A DNA stretch of 64,000 nt from Candidatus Woesearchaeota archaeon (GTDB lineage Archaea > Nanobdellota > Nanobdellia > Woesearchaeales > GW2011-AR4), in NCBI GenBank assembly GCA_016185755.1, contig JACPMX010000016.1, positions 985 through 64,984 on the forward strand. The letters run 5' to 3'. This document shows positions 1 through 8,611 of this stretch, piece by piece; position 1 is the stretch's first letter, and every line of letters begins with the position of its first letter. The translations under genes and the position numbers were made by a program. The notes beneath the pieces are model-generated. The model was not told the DNA's origin, searched no databases, and was given only the letters and a program-made list of their open reading frames with translations.

Positions 1-1053
1 ACACATTCCACTTATTTCGGCTTGTTTTTTGCATTGTACATCATAACTAAAATTGTTCTGGAAAGAAAGCTGCCCGGATGGCACATCGCTGCAGGCATTC
101 TGGGACTGGCATTGTCTTTCGCTGTTTGGTGGCTCCCGATGATTTCCGCTTATGGGTTTGAAGGAACGCTTGAAGGGCTTGGGTTCAGCGTAGGCCGCCT
201 GGGCGAGCTTGGCATCAAAAAATCTTTGGGCGGAACTGGCGACAGGGCTTATACATTTTCTGACTTCTTTTTTGCACAAAAGCAGAACATGATAAACAAT
301 CCGATAGGAATAGGGGTCGTTCTCTCACTTTTAACGCTGGCAGGAATAATATTCCTGATTTTAAAATATAAAAGCCTATTGAAGCAGGAAAGCCACTGGC
401 TTGTGATTTCCCTTGTATGGCTGTTTTTTACGCTCTATGCCGTCAATGCTGACAGGTTTCCCATAAAGCTGTCGCCTTTCAGGGCATGGATGCTGCTGGC
501 AATACCGGTGTGCATATTTGCAGCTGAAGGTGCGCACGGCATCCTGGAGCTCTCAAAAAAATGCGCAGGCAGGATAGGGATGTATATTCTGCTGGCCTTA
601 CTATTGACAGGTATATATTTTACATCGGCACAGCAGAAGATAGCCGTAAACACGGCAACATGGCCGCCAGGGGCATTCTGGAGCTATGCGCAGGACAGCT
701 CAGGAAGGGTATATTCGCCTGAGCTGCAGAGCTATGTATGGATGAGGGAAAACCTTCCGAAAAACTCAAAAGTGTTCACATTTGCAAATAACGGCCCGGT
801 TATAGGAATGGATATGCACACATGCCACTGGTGCAAGGATGTCATAGACTACCAGGAACAGGGCTTTAAGAAAAATGCGCAGGAAAACTACAACTGGCTT
901 AAAAATAACGGCTATGGCTATATCATAATAGACGGCCAGACTGCCAAGAAGTTCGGAGCCAACGAGTCAAATGCAAAAATACAGGAACTGGGCCAGTCAG
1001 GCATGTTCAGGCCTGCGCTTCAAAATCAAGGAGCAATTATATTCAAGATTTGA
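1..1053 (+). CDS. 5'-partial polytopic membrane protein with a C-terminal soluble (extracytoplasmic) domain. It is GT-C-like and paralogous to 48883..50496 and 52501..54141
   Basis: The ORF runs open from the window edge (a TTG was used as start by the track). Several hydrophobic helices are followed by a C-terminal domain whose motif WMRENLPKNSKV...YIIIDG resembles WILQNVPSSANV...YIMIDY in 48883..50496. No WWDYG motif, so it is not a canonical AglB/STT3. Confidence 0.45.
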   Translation, partial: THSTYFGLFFALYIITKIVLERKLPGWHIAAGILGLALSFAVWWLPMISAYGFEGTLEGLGFSVGRLGELGIKKSLGGTGDRAYTFSDFFFAQKQNMINNPIGIGVVLSLLTLAGIIFLILKYKSLLKQESHWLVISLVWLFFTLYAVNADRFPIKLSPFRAWMLLAIPVCIFAAEGAHGILELSKKCAGRIGMYILLALLLTGIYFTSAQQKIAVNTATWPPGAFWSYAQDSSGRVYSPELQSYVWMRENLPKNSKVFTFANNGPVIGMDMHTCHWCKDVIDYQEQGFKKNAQENYNWLKNNGYGYIIIDGQTAKKFGANESNAKIQELGQSGMFRPALQNQGAIIFKI

Positions 1054-1055
1054 GA

Positions 1056-2546
1056 ATGACAAACTACACAAAAAAGGCACTGAAGAATTTTGGAATCATC
1101 TTTTTCATCTCCCTAGTTGCAGCTTTTTTCGGATATTTGGTGAGGGTATATTTTGCAAGAAGCCTTACAGTGGAGGAATTTGGGCTTTTCTATGCCGTGC
1201 TCGCTTTTTTGGGGATATTCGGAATTTTCAAAGGGCTCGGAATGGACGCGGCCTTGGCTTATTTTATCCCCAAGCTGAAGGCAGAATCAAAATTTAAAGA
1301 CGTCAAAAATTCAATAGCATACGCTGGCATTTTCTTGCTTGTGAACAACATTATTTTCATGCTGCTTGTCCTGGCTTTTGCGGACTTTTTGGGCATAAAC
1401 TATTTCAAGCACAAGCTTTCCGCAATGGTTTTGGTTTTCATGGCGATAGGCCTCTTCATAGACAGCTTTGTGCTCCTGATAAAATATGCTTTCCAGGGCT
1501 TTCAAAAAATGGAGATGTTCTCCAGCATAGACCTGGTAAGAATGATTTTAATACTGATTTTCTCGTTTATATTTTTCAAGCTGGGATTCGGAATTTTGAG
1601 CCCGGTTTTATCTTATATCCTATCCCCTTTAATGTTGGTATGCATATACCTTCCTTACCTATACAAGGAAAATGACAGACTATCATCAGGCAACAGATTC
1701 TTCTGGGACAAGAAGTTAGCCAAATCCCTGGCATCTTACGGCATGCACCTGACTTTTCTGTCGTCAGCAGGAATGATAATAGCATATTCTGACAGGATAA
1801 TGCTGACATTCTTCAGGTCGCTTGAAGAAGTTGGAATATACAGCGCAGTATTTCCGACTGCCATGCTGCTCTGGTACATACCGGATGCATTGTCAAAGGT
1901 GCTTTTGCCCCTGTCTTCTGAATTATGGAACAAAGGCCTGAAAAAAGAGATTGAAGAGGGATTAAGGCTGCTTTACAGGTATTCCATGATTATAATGCTT
2001 CCGGCATCTTTCCTGATACTTGCATTCTCCAAATTCATTTTAGAGCTGTTTTACGGGGCTGATTACTCTTCCGGAAGCGCGGCACTGCAGGTGCTGGCTG
2101 TAGGCATGATATTCTACAGCGTGCACAAGCTAAACAACAACGTGTTCCTTGGCATGGGAAAGCCGCAGATAAACACCAAAGTGACTATAATCGGGGCAAT
2201 AGCAAACATAATACTTAATTTTTTGCTGATCCCGCCTTTCGGCTTTCTCGGGGCATCCATAGCGACGATGTCGGCCTTTTTTTTGATGATGGGCGTGGGG
2301 TTTTATTTCCTTAAAAAAGCGGAAGTCACAGACATCCCTTACTTTCCATTGCTGAAGACCTTTTTTGCCTCCATGATTTTCCTGGCTGCAATTTACTATC
2401 TCAATCTCCGGCTTATTATGGGAATATTTATAAAAATCCCGCTTGTAGTATTCCTATCAGGGTCAATTTACATTGCGCTGCTGTTTGCGCTTAAGCTGCT
2501 GACTATTGTGGAGATAAAAGGGCTGATAAAAAGGCTCAAATCATGA
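1056..2546 (+). CDS. wzx: Wzx-like polysaccharide/oligosaccharide flippase (MOP superfamily, polysaccharide biosynthesis protein family)
   Basis: About 12 predicted TM helices. The N-terminal region (ARSLTVEEFGLFYAVLAFLGIF) is typical of PF01943/PF13440 O-unit flippases. ATG at 1056 is preferred over the TTG at 1050. Confidence 0.7.
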   Translation: MTNYTKKALKNFGIIFFISLVAAFFGYLVRVYFARSLTVEEFGLFYAVLAFLGIFGIFKGLGMDAALAYFIPKLKAESKFKDVKNSIAYAGIFLLVNNIIFMLLVLAFADFLGINYFKHKLSAMVLVFMAIGLFIDSFVLLIKYAFQGFQKMEMFSSIDLVRMILILIFSFIFFKLGFGILSPVLSYILSPLMLVCIYLPYLYKENDRLSSGNRFFWDKKLAKSLASYGMHLTFLSSAGMIIAYSDRIMLTFFRSLEEVGIYSAVFPTAMLLWYIPDALSKVLLPLSSELWNKGLKKEIEEGLRLLYRYSMIIMLPASFLILAFSKFILELFYGADYSSGSAALQVLAVGMIFYSVHKLNNNVFLGMGKPQINTKVTIIGAIANIILNFLLIPPFGFLGASIATMSAFFLMMGVGFYFLKKAEVTDIPYFPLLKTFFASMIFLAAIYYLNLRLIMGIFIKIPLVVFLSGSIYIALLFALKLLTIVEIKGLIKRLKS

Positions 2547-2582
2547 CAAGCCCATTTGGTCCGGGATTAAAAAACACTTTGA

Positions 2583-4301
2583 ATGACGGTAAAAATGAAA
2601 GACAAGCTGCAGAAAGTGATTCATCATCTGCCAAAAACTATGCAGAAAATAGCACTTTCCTATTATAATTCCATTGGATTCAGGAAAAGCCACGCATCAA
2701 GGACGCTGCAGCTGGAGTTCCCGATAAAAAGCAAAGACGGCTCGTTCCTATTCCACAAGCCGCTTTTCGGCAACGGGACAAGCCAGGGCTACTTTACCCA
2801 ATATTACAGGGAGCCGGAGATCCCGCAGGTATTCCTGACTGTAGAGGACAGGCTGTCATTAAAGACGGAAACCCTAAAAGGAAGACTATACCAAAAAAAT
2901 AAAAAAGCCAAAAAAAGCATAAAATCAGAATGTATATTGCCGGTTTCTTTGGTAAAAAAAGGATTTGAGGGAAGCTATATCGATAATGACGCCTTGATAC
3001 AGCTCAAAATCAACGGCAAAAAAACGGACCTGAAGGGGCTTGCAATAAACAGATTTCATTACCTGCCTGTACAAGGCAATTCAAAAATAGAATTGTCTTC
3101 CAGCCATGATTTCATTGCCGGTGACGAGCTGGGAAAAAGACAAGGCAAAAAGCACAAGAAGAAGCTTGTGCTGGTTTTATTTATAGACGGCTTTGCAGCG
3201 GAAATCCTTAAAAAATCCCATCTCAAGGACATGATGCCGCACACCTATAGGTTCTTCAGCAAAGGGATAATGTTCAACAACTGCTATTCATCCTCAAAAT
3301 GGACATTGCCAAATCTTGCTTCCATGTTTTCCGGAAAATATGCAAAAAAACACGGCATTTTCCACCCCAGCAAAGAGATAGAGCTGGGAAAGAATTACCC
3401 TGTCATCAGCAATTATTTCCAGGATGACGGCTACCTGACCCTTCATGTGGAGGGCGGATGGCGATTAACCCCCTCTTACGGCTACTGCAAGGGATTTGAC
3501 CGGACAATCTACAAGAAAAACATGCAGGAAAGCGAAATATTGGCAGCCCTTTTTGAGCATATAAGCGCATTTAAGGAAAGAGATAACTTTGCATGGCTCT
3601 CATTCATGGACCTGCACCATGACATGAACCTGCTTCCCGACATAGACATACAGGCGGAAACTCCGATAATGTACCATAGCTACGGCCCGTCAAAAATAAA
3701 ATCTGCGCTGATAAAAAGCTTTGACGAGAAAAAAACATACAAATACGCGAAAAAACTCACTAACATTGATTTTGACCTAAAAAGGATTTATGACTACCTA
3801 GAGGATAATTATAGCAATGACGAGATGCTGGTCGTGCTTGTTTCTGATCACGGCCAGGGATATATACAGGACTCAAAAACAACATTGTCCAAAACAAGGA
3901 CGCACGTCCCCCTAATGGTCAGGGGATGCAAAAATAAAAATACAGGCAGCGACGAGATAGTTTCCAACATGGACCTGCTTCCGATATTGCTGCACCTCTC
4001 GGGAATTCCCTATGACAATGGCAGTTTTGATGGAACTCTTCCAAAGATATTCGGCGGCGAGGGCAGGGAATACGCCATTACAGAGACTATCTACCCTGGA
4101 GAGCCCTACACAGCCGCGATTACCGATGCAGAAAATGAATTTTATTTTGAGACAGAAGCAAATGCCGATGACAGCGGCAATGTAAACGCAAATAAATTCA
4201 AAATTCAGATGATAAACTCTAAGGACGGAAATGATGCAACAGAAAAAAACCCGGAAAAAGCCATGGAGTACAAAAAAATAATTCTAAAGCACATAAGATA
4301 G
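2583..4301 (+). CDS. Type I phosphodiesterase / nucleotide pyrophosphatase family protein (alkaline phosphatase superfamily)
   Basis: LVLVLFIDGF...SSKWTLPNLASMFSGKYAKKHGIF matches the PF01663 core (DG..., PSVTFPNH..TG..P..HGI). A later VLVSDHGQGY matches the AP-superfamily DHG metal site. Confidence 0.6.
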   Translation: MTVKMKDKLQKVIHHLPKTMQKIALSYYNSIGFRKSHASRTLQLEFPIKSKDGSFLFHKPLFGNGTSQGYFTQYYREPEIPQVFLTVEDRLSLKTETLKGRLYQKNKKAKKSIKSECILPVSLVKKGFEGSYIDNDALIQLKINGKKTDLKGLAINRFHYLPVQGNSKIELSSSHDFIAGDELGKRQGKKHKKKLVLVLFIDGFAAEILKKSHLKDMMPHTYRFFSKGIMFNNCYSSSKWTLPNLASMFSGKYAKKHGIFHPSKEIELGKNYPVISNYFQDDGYLTLHVEGGWRLTPSYGYCKGFDRTIYKKNMQESEILAALFEHISAFKERDNFAWLSFMDLHHDMNLLPDIDIQAETPIMYHSYGPSKIKSALIKSFDEKKTYKYAKKLTNIDFDLKRIYDYLEDNYSNDEMLVVLVSDHGQGYIQDSKTTLSKTRTHVPLMVRGCKNKNTGSDEIVSNMDLLPILLHLSGIPYDNGSFDGTLPKIFGGEGREYAITETIYPGEPYTAAITDAENEFYFETEANADDSGNVNANKFKIQMINSKDGNDATEKNPEKAMEYKKIILKHIR

Positions 4302-4362
4302 ATCAGCAAACAGGATTCCGCACTGCTTACATCTTGAATAAAAATACATTAAAATAGAAACC

Positions 4363-4370
4363 TTTATATA
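4363..4370 (+). promoter_or_regulatory. TATA-like box (TTTATATA) upstream of the wHTH/PK-like gene
   Basis: AT-rich octamer about 45 nt upstream of the ATG at 4414. It resembles archaeal TATA boxes; the TSS is unknown. Confidence 0.3.
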
Positions 4371-4376
4371 CTAATA

Positions 4377-4409
4377 TTATTCACTTTTTTATTATAATTA
4401 TTCACTTTT
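4377..4409 (+). promoter_or_regulatory. Direct repeat TTATTCACTTTT x2 (4377-4388 and 4398-4409; 21-bp spacing) just upstream of the ATG at 4414. It is a candidate operator.
   Basis: Two exact 12-mers on the same face of the helix between the TATA-like box and the start codon of a gene encoding a DNA-binding (wHTH) protein. Confidence 0.35.
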
Positions 4410-4413
4410 AAGA

Positions 4414-5826
4414 ATGAGCAACAAATCCAGAGTCTTTGAGTTCCTGTACAGGAACAGCGGCAGCAGGTACAATATCAACCAGATCTCAAGGCTGACTGGC
4501 ATAAGCGTGGGAAGCGCCTTCAAGATCCTGAAAAATCTCGAAAAGGACAACTATGCAAACGCAGAGAAAAGAAACAATTCATTATTATACCAAATCAACC
4601 AAAACGGCCAAACAAAAGATGCTTTTGAGGATATTGAGGAGGAAAAAAGAAGCAAAAACCTGAAGAAAACAAAAATTATATGCACCCTGGGGAAATCTTC
4701 CGAAAGCGGGCCCCTGATTGGGAAATTAATTGAGAAGGGGATGGATGCTGCAAAGATAGACTCCTCCTTTTATGATGAAAAAGGCTCAGCAGGGATAATC
4801 AAAAAAATAAGGGAGATATCGGACCAGATACCAATAATTCTTGACATTTCAAAAAACAGCGAGATAAAGCCATGGGCAAGGGCTGCTATGGAGAACGACA
4901 TTGATTTTATCATAGTCTCAATAAAGAATGCAGATGATATAAGGAGAATAAACCGGCTCCTTGGCTACAGCGACATGAAGCAGGTCATCGGAGAAAAAAT
5001 CAAGGTGCTTGCGCGCCTGGTGGCAGAAAACCTGGGGAACCACAGGGAAATAATAGAAGAAGCTTATGGAGTTGTGGTGGACCGAGACTCGCTTGTAAAG
5101 GGCAAAAGATATGAGATGCTTCCTTTAATGCAGAAGATGATAATAGAAGAATGCAACAAGCAGGGCAAGCCCGCTATAATTTCCGGGCAGGTGCTAAAAT
5201 CAATGGCCGGCAAAAACTTCCCGGAGGCAACTGAAGTTTACAGCATAACCAACATGGTTCTTGACGGGGCTTCCTGCATAATGCTTTCCGGCGAAACCGG
5301 AGCGGGAAATTACCCGGAAGAATCCGTGGCTGCATTATCCAGGATTATCAAGGGGGTGGAGTCAGGCCTGTCAGAAAATTACATTGGGGCAATCCAGGAG
5401 GATTTTGTGCATTCCATAGGAAAAGCGGTATTAGAGGTTGAAAAAAACGCCAATATAGATGCCATACTAATCCTGACGTCTGGAGGCTATTCTGCAAGAA
5501 TGATATCCGGCAGAAGATTAAAATGCAAAGTCATAGCCGCGACATCCAGCAGGAAAATATCCAGGCAGCTCAATATATTGTGGGGAATAAGCCCGCTGCT
5601 TATCAAAGGCAACCTTGAGGACATATCCAGCCGGGAGAAAAAAGAGGCTGTAACCAATTCCCTGAAAAAAGGATTCATAAAAAAGAGCGACCGGATTGCC
5701 ATAGTAGCCTCAGTTTTTCACAGCAAGTCCAAGATAACAAATCTGCTGGAGATACACAAAGTTAACGAGTTTTTGGATTATCTAGATGGCAAGAGCAATG
5801 GCAGGCTAATCACAGAGGTGCGATAA
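4414..5826 (+). CDS. Winged-HTH domain fused to a pyruvate-kinase-like TIM barrel lacking the B (lid) domain; C-terminal PK-like domain present
   Basis: The N-terminal 60 aa resemble MarR/TrmB-like wHTH (ISRLTGISVGSAFKILKNLEKDNY). KIICTLG...ILDISKNSEIKP parallels PK KIVCTIGP...ILLDTKGPEIRT, and LDGASCIMLSGETGAGNYPEESV parallels PK DGTDAVMLSGETAKGKYP. RLNFSHG is replaced by KIDSSFY, and the sequence jumps from the TKGPEIR-equivalent straight to the IDFI block, so the lid is missing. Confidence 0.55.
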   Translation: MSNKSRVFEFLYRNSGSRYNINQISRLTGISVGSAFKILKNLEKDNYANAEKRNNSLLYQINQNGQTKDAFEDIEEEKRSKNLKKTKIICTLGKSSESGPLIGKLIEKGMDAAKIDSSFYDEKGSAGIIKKIREISDQIPIILDISKNSEIKPWARAAMENDIDFIIVSIKNADDIRRINRLLGYSDMKQVIGEKIKVLARLVAENLGNHREIIEEAYGVVVDRDSLVKGKRYEMLPLMQKMIIEECNKQGKPAIISGQVLKSMAGKNFPEATEVYSITNMVLDGASCIMLSGETGAGNYPEESVAALSRIIKGVESGLSENYIGAIQEDFVHSIGKAVLEVEKNANIDAILILTSGGYSARMISGRRLKCKVIAATSSRKISRQLNILWGISPLLIKGNLEDISSREKKEAVTNSLKKGFIKKSDRIAIVASVFHSKSKITNLLEIHKVNEFLDYLDGKSNGRLITEVR

Positions 5827-5827
5827 A

Positions 5828-6898
5828 ATGGCATATTTCCATGAAGCAGCGCTGATAGACAGCACAGATGACATGCAGTTCAAGATATACAGCAGCACGC
5901 ACCCGAAAGGATTTATCATAGCAAAGCCAAAATACATACCAAGCGAGCTGCTTAATCTGGCCGGACTGAAGAAAAGATTTCTTTTCAGCAGGTGCATGTA
6001 CCGCTTCAACCTTTTTAATGATAAGAAGATAGTGGGGAAAAACCTGGAAGAACTAAGGAAAAAATTCCCGGAATGCGTCTATGAATGCAGGAAGCACAAA
6101 AACTGGTTTCTTGGAGTCCCGGAAAAAAAAGTGAAAAAATTCTACGATACTAGAAAAGGACTGCAGGAACTGCTGAAAGTGCCTGTGGAGGACCTTGACA
6201 GCTACTTAAAGGCTGTGAGAAAAATGATAGACATCCTTGCCGAAGCCGGAATAAAATCAAAAGACCTCGGGATTAGCCATTCAACTTTGCTGGGGAACTA
6301 TACCCCGGGAAAATCCGACATAGACATATTGATTTTCGGCATGGGCAACGGCTGGAAAGCTGTTAAGCACCTGGAAAAATGCAAAGATCCTTCATTAAGC
6401 TGGAAATCCAAGGAAGGCTGGGCCAAATATTACAAAGACAGGGTTGTTTCCAAGGTTTACACTGAAAAGGAATATGTCGCGAACATGGTCAGGAAAAAAG
6501 ACGACGGATTTATTGACGGCAACGTATTCTCGCTCTTCTGCATTGAAAATGGGAATGAATCGTGGTATGACTGGGAAGAGGAGCACGAGCCTCTTGCAAC
6601 AGTGAAAATAAAAGCCAAAGTAAAGAATGCATATTATTCCATTGTAAGGCCCGGGTATTACGGGCTGGAAAACAGCAAAGTGCTCGAAGGCTATAAAGAT
6701 GTCCCTATAAAGCGCATTGTCACATGGGCAAGGCCCTTCAGCCTGCAGGCAAAAGAAAACGAGGAAATAGAAGCATGCGGCCTGCTTGAGAAAGTCAAGG
6801 CTGAAGACGGCGAGTTTTACCAGGTAGTGATAGGCTACTTTGATACATATACGACCGGCAGGGGTGAAAAAGAATACCTAAAAGCGTGTATAGACTAA
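5828..6898 (+). CDS. Pol-beta superfamily nucleotidyltransferase-fold protein (paralog A, intact hG[GS]...DhDh-like motif)
   Basis: LGISHSTLLGNYTPGKSDIDILIFG fits the minimal NTase / Cid1-like signature hG[GS]x9-13 DxD. The 356-aa protein has conserved N- and C-terminal extra domains (C-terminus YQVVIGYFDTY). Confidence 0.5.
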   Translation: MAYFHEAALIDSTDDMQFKIYSSTHPKGFIIAKPKYIPSELLNLAGLKKRFLFSRCMYRFNLFNDKKIVGKNLEELRKKFPECVYECRKHKNWFLGVPEKKVKKFYDTRKGLQELLKVPVEDLDSYLKAVRKMIDILAEAGIKSKDLGISHSTLLGNYTPGKSDIDILIFGMGNGWKAVKHLEKCKDPSLSWKSKEGWAKYYKDRVVSKVYTEKEYVANMVRKKDDGFIDGNVFSLFCIENGNESWYDWEEEHEPLATVKIKAKVKNAYYSIVRPGYYGLENSKVLEGYKDVPIKRIVTWARPFSLQAKENEEIEACGLLEKVKAEDGEFYQVVIGYFDTYTTGRGEKEYLKACID

Positions 6899-6899
6899 A

Positions 6900-7988
6900 A
6901 TGCACTTCTACGAATCATCAATAATAACAACAAAAGACGGGCTCCATTGCCAGGTTTACGGCAACGAGCATCCTGAAGGCAGGATACTAGTCAAGCCGAA
7001 GTACATACCGACTGACAGGATATCATGCGATTCCCTGCCTTACAGGTTCATCACCGGCCGGAAGATGAACAGGCTGAACCTCTGGATAGGCCAAAGCAAG
7101 CTTAAGAAATACTTTGATGATTTTGCCAAAGCATATCCCCGATATATATTCAAAAGCCCTGTCCATGAAAAAAGCCCCTTGTTTTTTGCCGTGCCCAAAG
7201 AATGCATTGAAAAAACTTATTCACCAAGGGAAGGGCTTGCAGAGCTCATGAGCATGCCTACAAGCCAGATGGACGACCATCTTAAGGCTGTCTTCGAGTT
7301 AATGTCCTTTCTGCTCACAAGCGGCCTTAAACTGGAGGATTTCGGCATTACCTACTCGACTTTGATGGGCCATTATTCCTCATACAAATCAGACATCAAC
7401 ATTGTTGTCTATGGAAAAAAGAAGTTCTGGCACCTGATGAAATTCCTGGAAAAAACCGGCAATAAGGAGCTGAGGTGGAAGACCTATGAGGAATGGGGGG
7501 AATTCTATAAGAAAAGGAACAGGCACATCATACACAAAAAGGAGAAATACATAGAAGACATGCACAGGAAGAGATCGGAAGGCTTCTTTAAAGGCATACT
7601 GTTTGTAATATTTGCAGTTGAAAACAAAGATGAAACATGGTTCAAATGGGGCGATGAAAAATATAAGAGAATAGGGGCAGCCAAATTTGAAGCTTTTGTA
7701 AAAGAAAATAAAGACTCAGTCGTAAGGCCCGGATGCTATATCATTTCCGATTCCAATTTCATAGGCGGGGATAGTTCATGCAGGGGAATACAAATAAGCA
7801 AAGCCGTCTTTTACTCAAGAGACTACTGCATGCTTGCATATCCGGGCGAGAAAATAGAGATAAGCGGGGTTGTCGAGGAAGTTGCCCGGAAATCGGGCGA
7901 AAAATATTACAGGGTAGTCGTTGGCTACTTTGACTCTTACCTAAGCGGAAGAAGAGATCAAGAATACATAAAAGTTACTGATGATTAA
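6900..7988 (+). CDS. Pol-beta nucleotidyltransferase-fold protein (paralog B; second carboxylate replaced, SDINIV)
   Basis: Colinear with 5828..6898 (KPKYIP, HLKAV, G-I-[ST]-x-STL-G-x-Y, C-terminal YRVVVGYFDSY), about 30-35% identity by eye. Motif is GITYSTLMGHYSSYKSDINIVVYG, with D to N at the second metal ligand. Separated from paralog A by 1 nt. Confidence 0.5.
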   Translation: MHFYESSIITTKDGLHCQVYGNEHPEGRILVKPKYIPTDRISCDSLPYRFITGRKMNRLNLWIGQSKLKKYFDDFAKAYPRYIFKSPVHEKSPLFFAVPKECIEKTYSPREGLAELMSMPTSQMDDHLKAVFELMSFLLTSGLKLEDFGITYSTLMGHYSSYKSDINIVVYGKKKFWHLMKFLEKTGNKELRWKTYEEWGEFYKKRNRHIIHKKEKYIEDMHRKRSEGFFKGILFVIFAVENKDETWFKWGDEKYKRIGAAKFEAFVKENKDSVVRPGCYIISDSNFIGGDSSCRGIQISKAVFYSRDYCMLAYPGEKIEISGVVEEVARKSGEKYYRVVVGYFDSYLSGRRDQEYIKVTDD

Positions 7989-8610
7989 GATGAGCAAAAG
8001 CGAGATTAAAAAACTGCTTGACGAAGATGCAAGCCTTAAGGATGGCTGCAATCTATGCAATGAATCTAAATTCACATCAGGATACGATACAGGATACGGA
8101 ATAATCGTCTACAAGAACGGAACTTTAAAGAACGGCTGGTTCGCAACCCTGTCACCAAAAACCGGCGGGGACCCGGAACACGATTTCACAGTCCAGCTGA
8201 TGCCATGCCTGCATTTGACACATTTCTCACAGATAGCCCCGCATAAGGGCATGATGGAGAATTATGGTGTTGCATTTTCAAGAATTTGCATGGCAATCTC
8301 AGCTGTTTTAATGCAGGAAGAAGGGCTGAAGGCCGGCACTGAAGAAAAAAAGCTGTCCATGCCTTTGGCGACATACGGAAAGAGCACAACATGGAAAAAA
8401 AAGAAGGAGCATCTTCACTTAAAGATTTTCCCGTTTCGCGGGAATATCGGGCAGCCGTATACTGTGGACAGCTCTTTCGGCAAAAAAGAGATTTTTATGG
8501 ACAGCAAGAAGACGGAATTCGTGAAAATGGCGCCTGTGAAGAAAAAGAAACTAAGCAGAGCCAGACTTGGCTACCTGGCAAAAAGGCTGATATCCCTGCT
8601 TGAAAGATAA
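7981..8610 (+). CDS. Atypical HIT-superfamily protein (histidine triad HLHLK variant with about 50-aa insertion)
   Basis: N-terminal CxxC (DGCNLCNE) and ...EHLHLKIFP in the position of the HIT motif H-phi-H-phi-H-phi-phi (third His replaced by Lys). Loosely like GalT/Ap4A-phosphorylase branch proteins. The start may be ATG 7981 (overlapping upstream stop) or ATG 7990. Confidence 0.4.
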   Translation: MIKMSKSEIKKLLDEDASLKDGCNLCNESKFTSGYDTGYGIIVYKNGTLKNGWFATLSPKTGGDPEHDFTVQLMPCLHLTHFSQIAPHKGMMENYGVAFSRICMAISAVLMQEEGLKAGTEEKKLSMPLATYGKSTTWKKKKEHLHLKIFPFRGNIGQPYTVDSSFGKKEIFMDSKKTEFVKMAPVKKKKLSRARLGYLAKRLISLLER

Positions 8611-8611
8611 T

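Noticed and set aside
22-1053. First ORF as an AglB/STT3 oligosaccharyltransferase
   Set aside because: No WWDYG, DK/MI or DxD-type motifs were recognisable. It is instead grouped with the two GT-C-like paralogs at 48.9 and 52.5 kb.
435-1297. Short ORFs 435..653 (-) and 971..1297 (+)
   Set aside because: They lie inside or across the membrane-protein and flippase genes in other frames. No domain signal; likely spurious.
2583-4301. Annotation of the AP-superfamily protein as a sulfatase
   Set aside because: It lacks the C/S-x-P-x-R formylglycine motif. Its motifs match the NPP/type I phosphodiesterase family instead.
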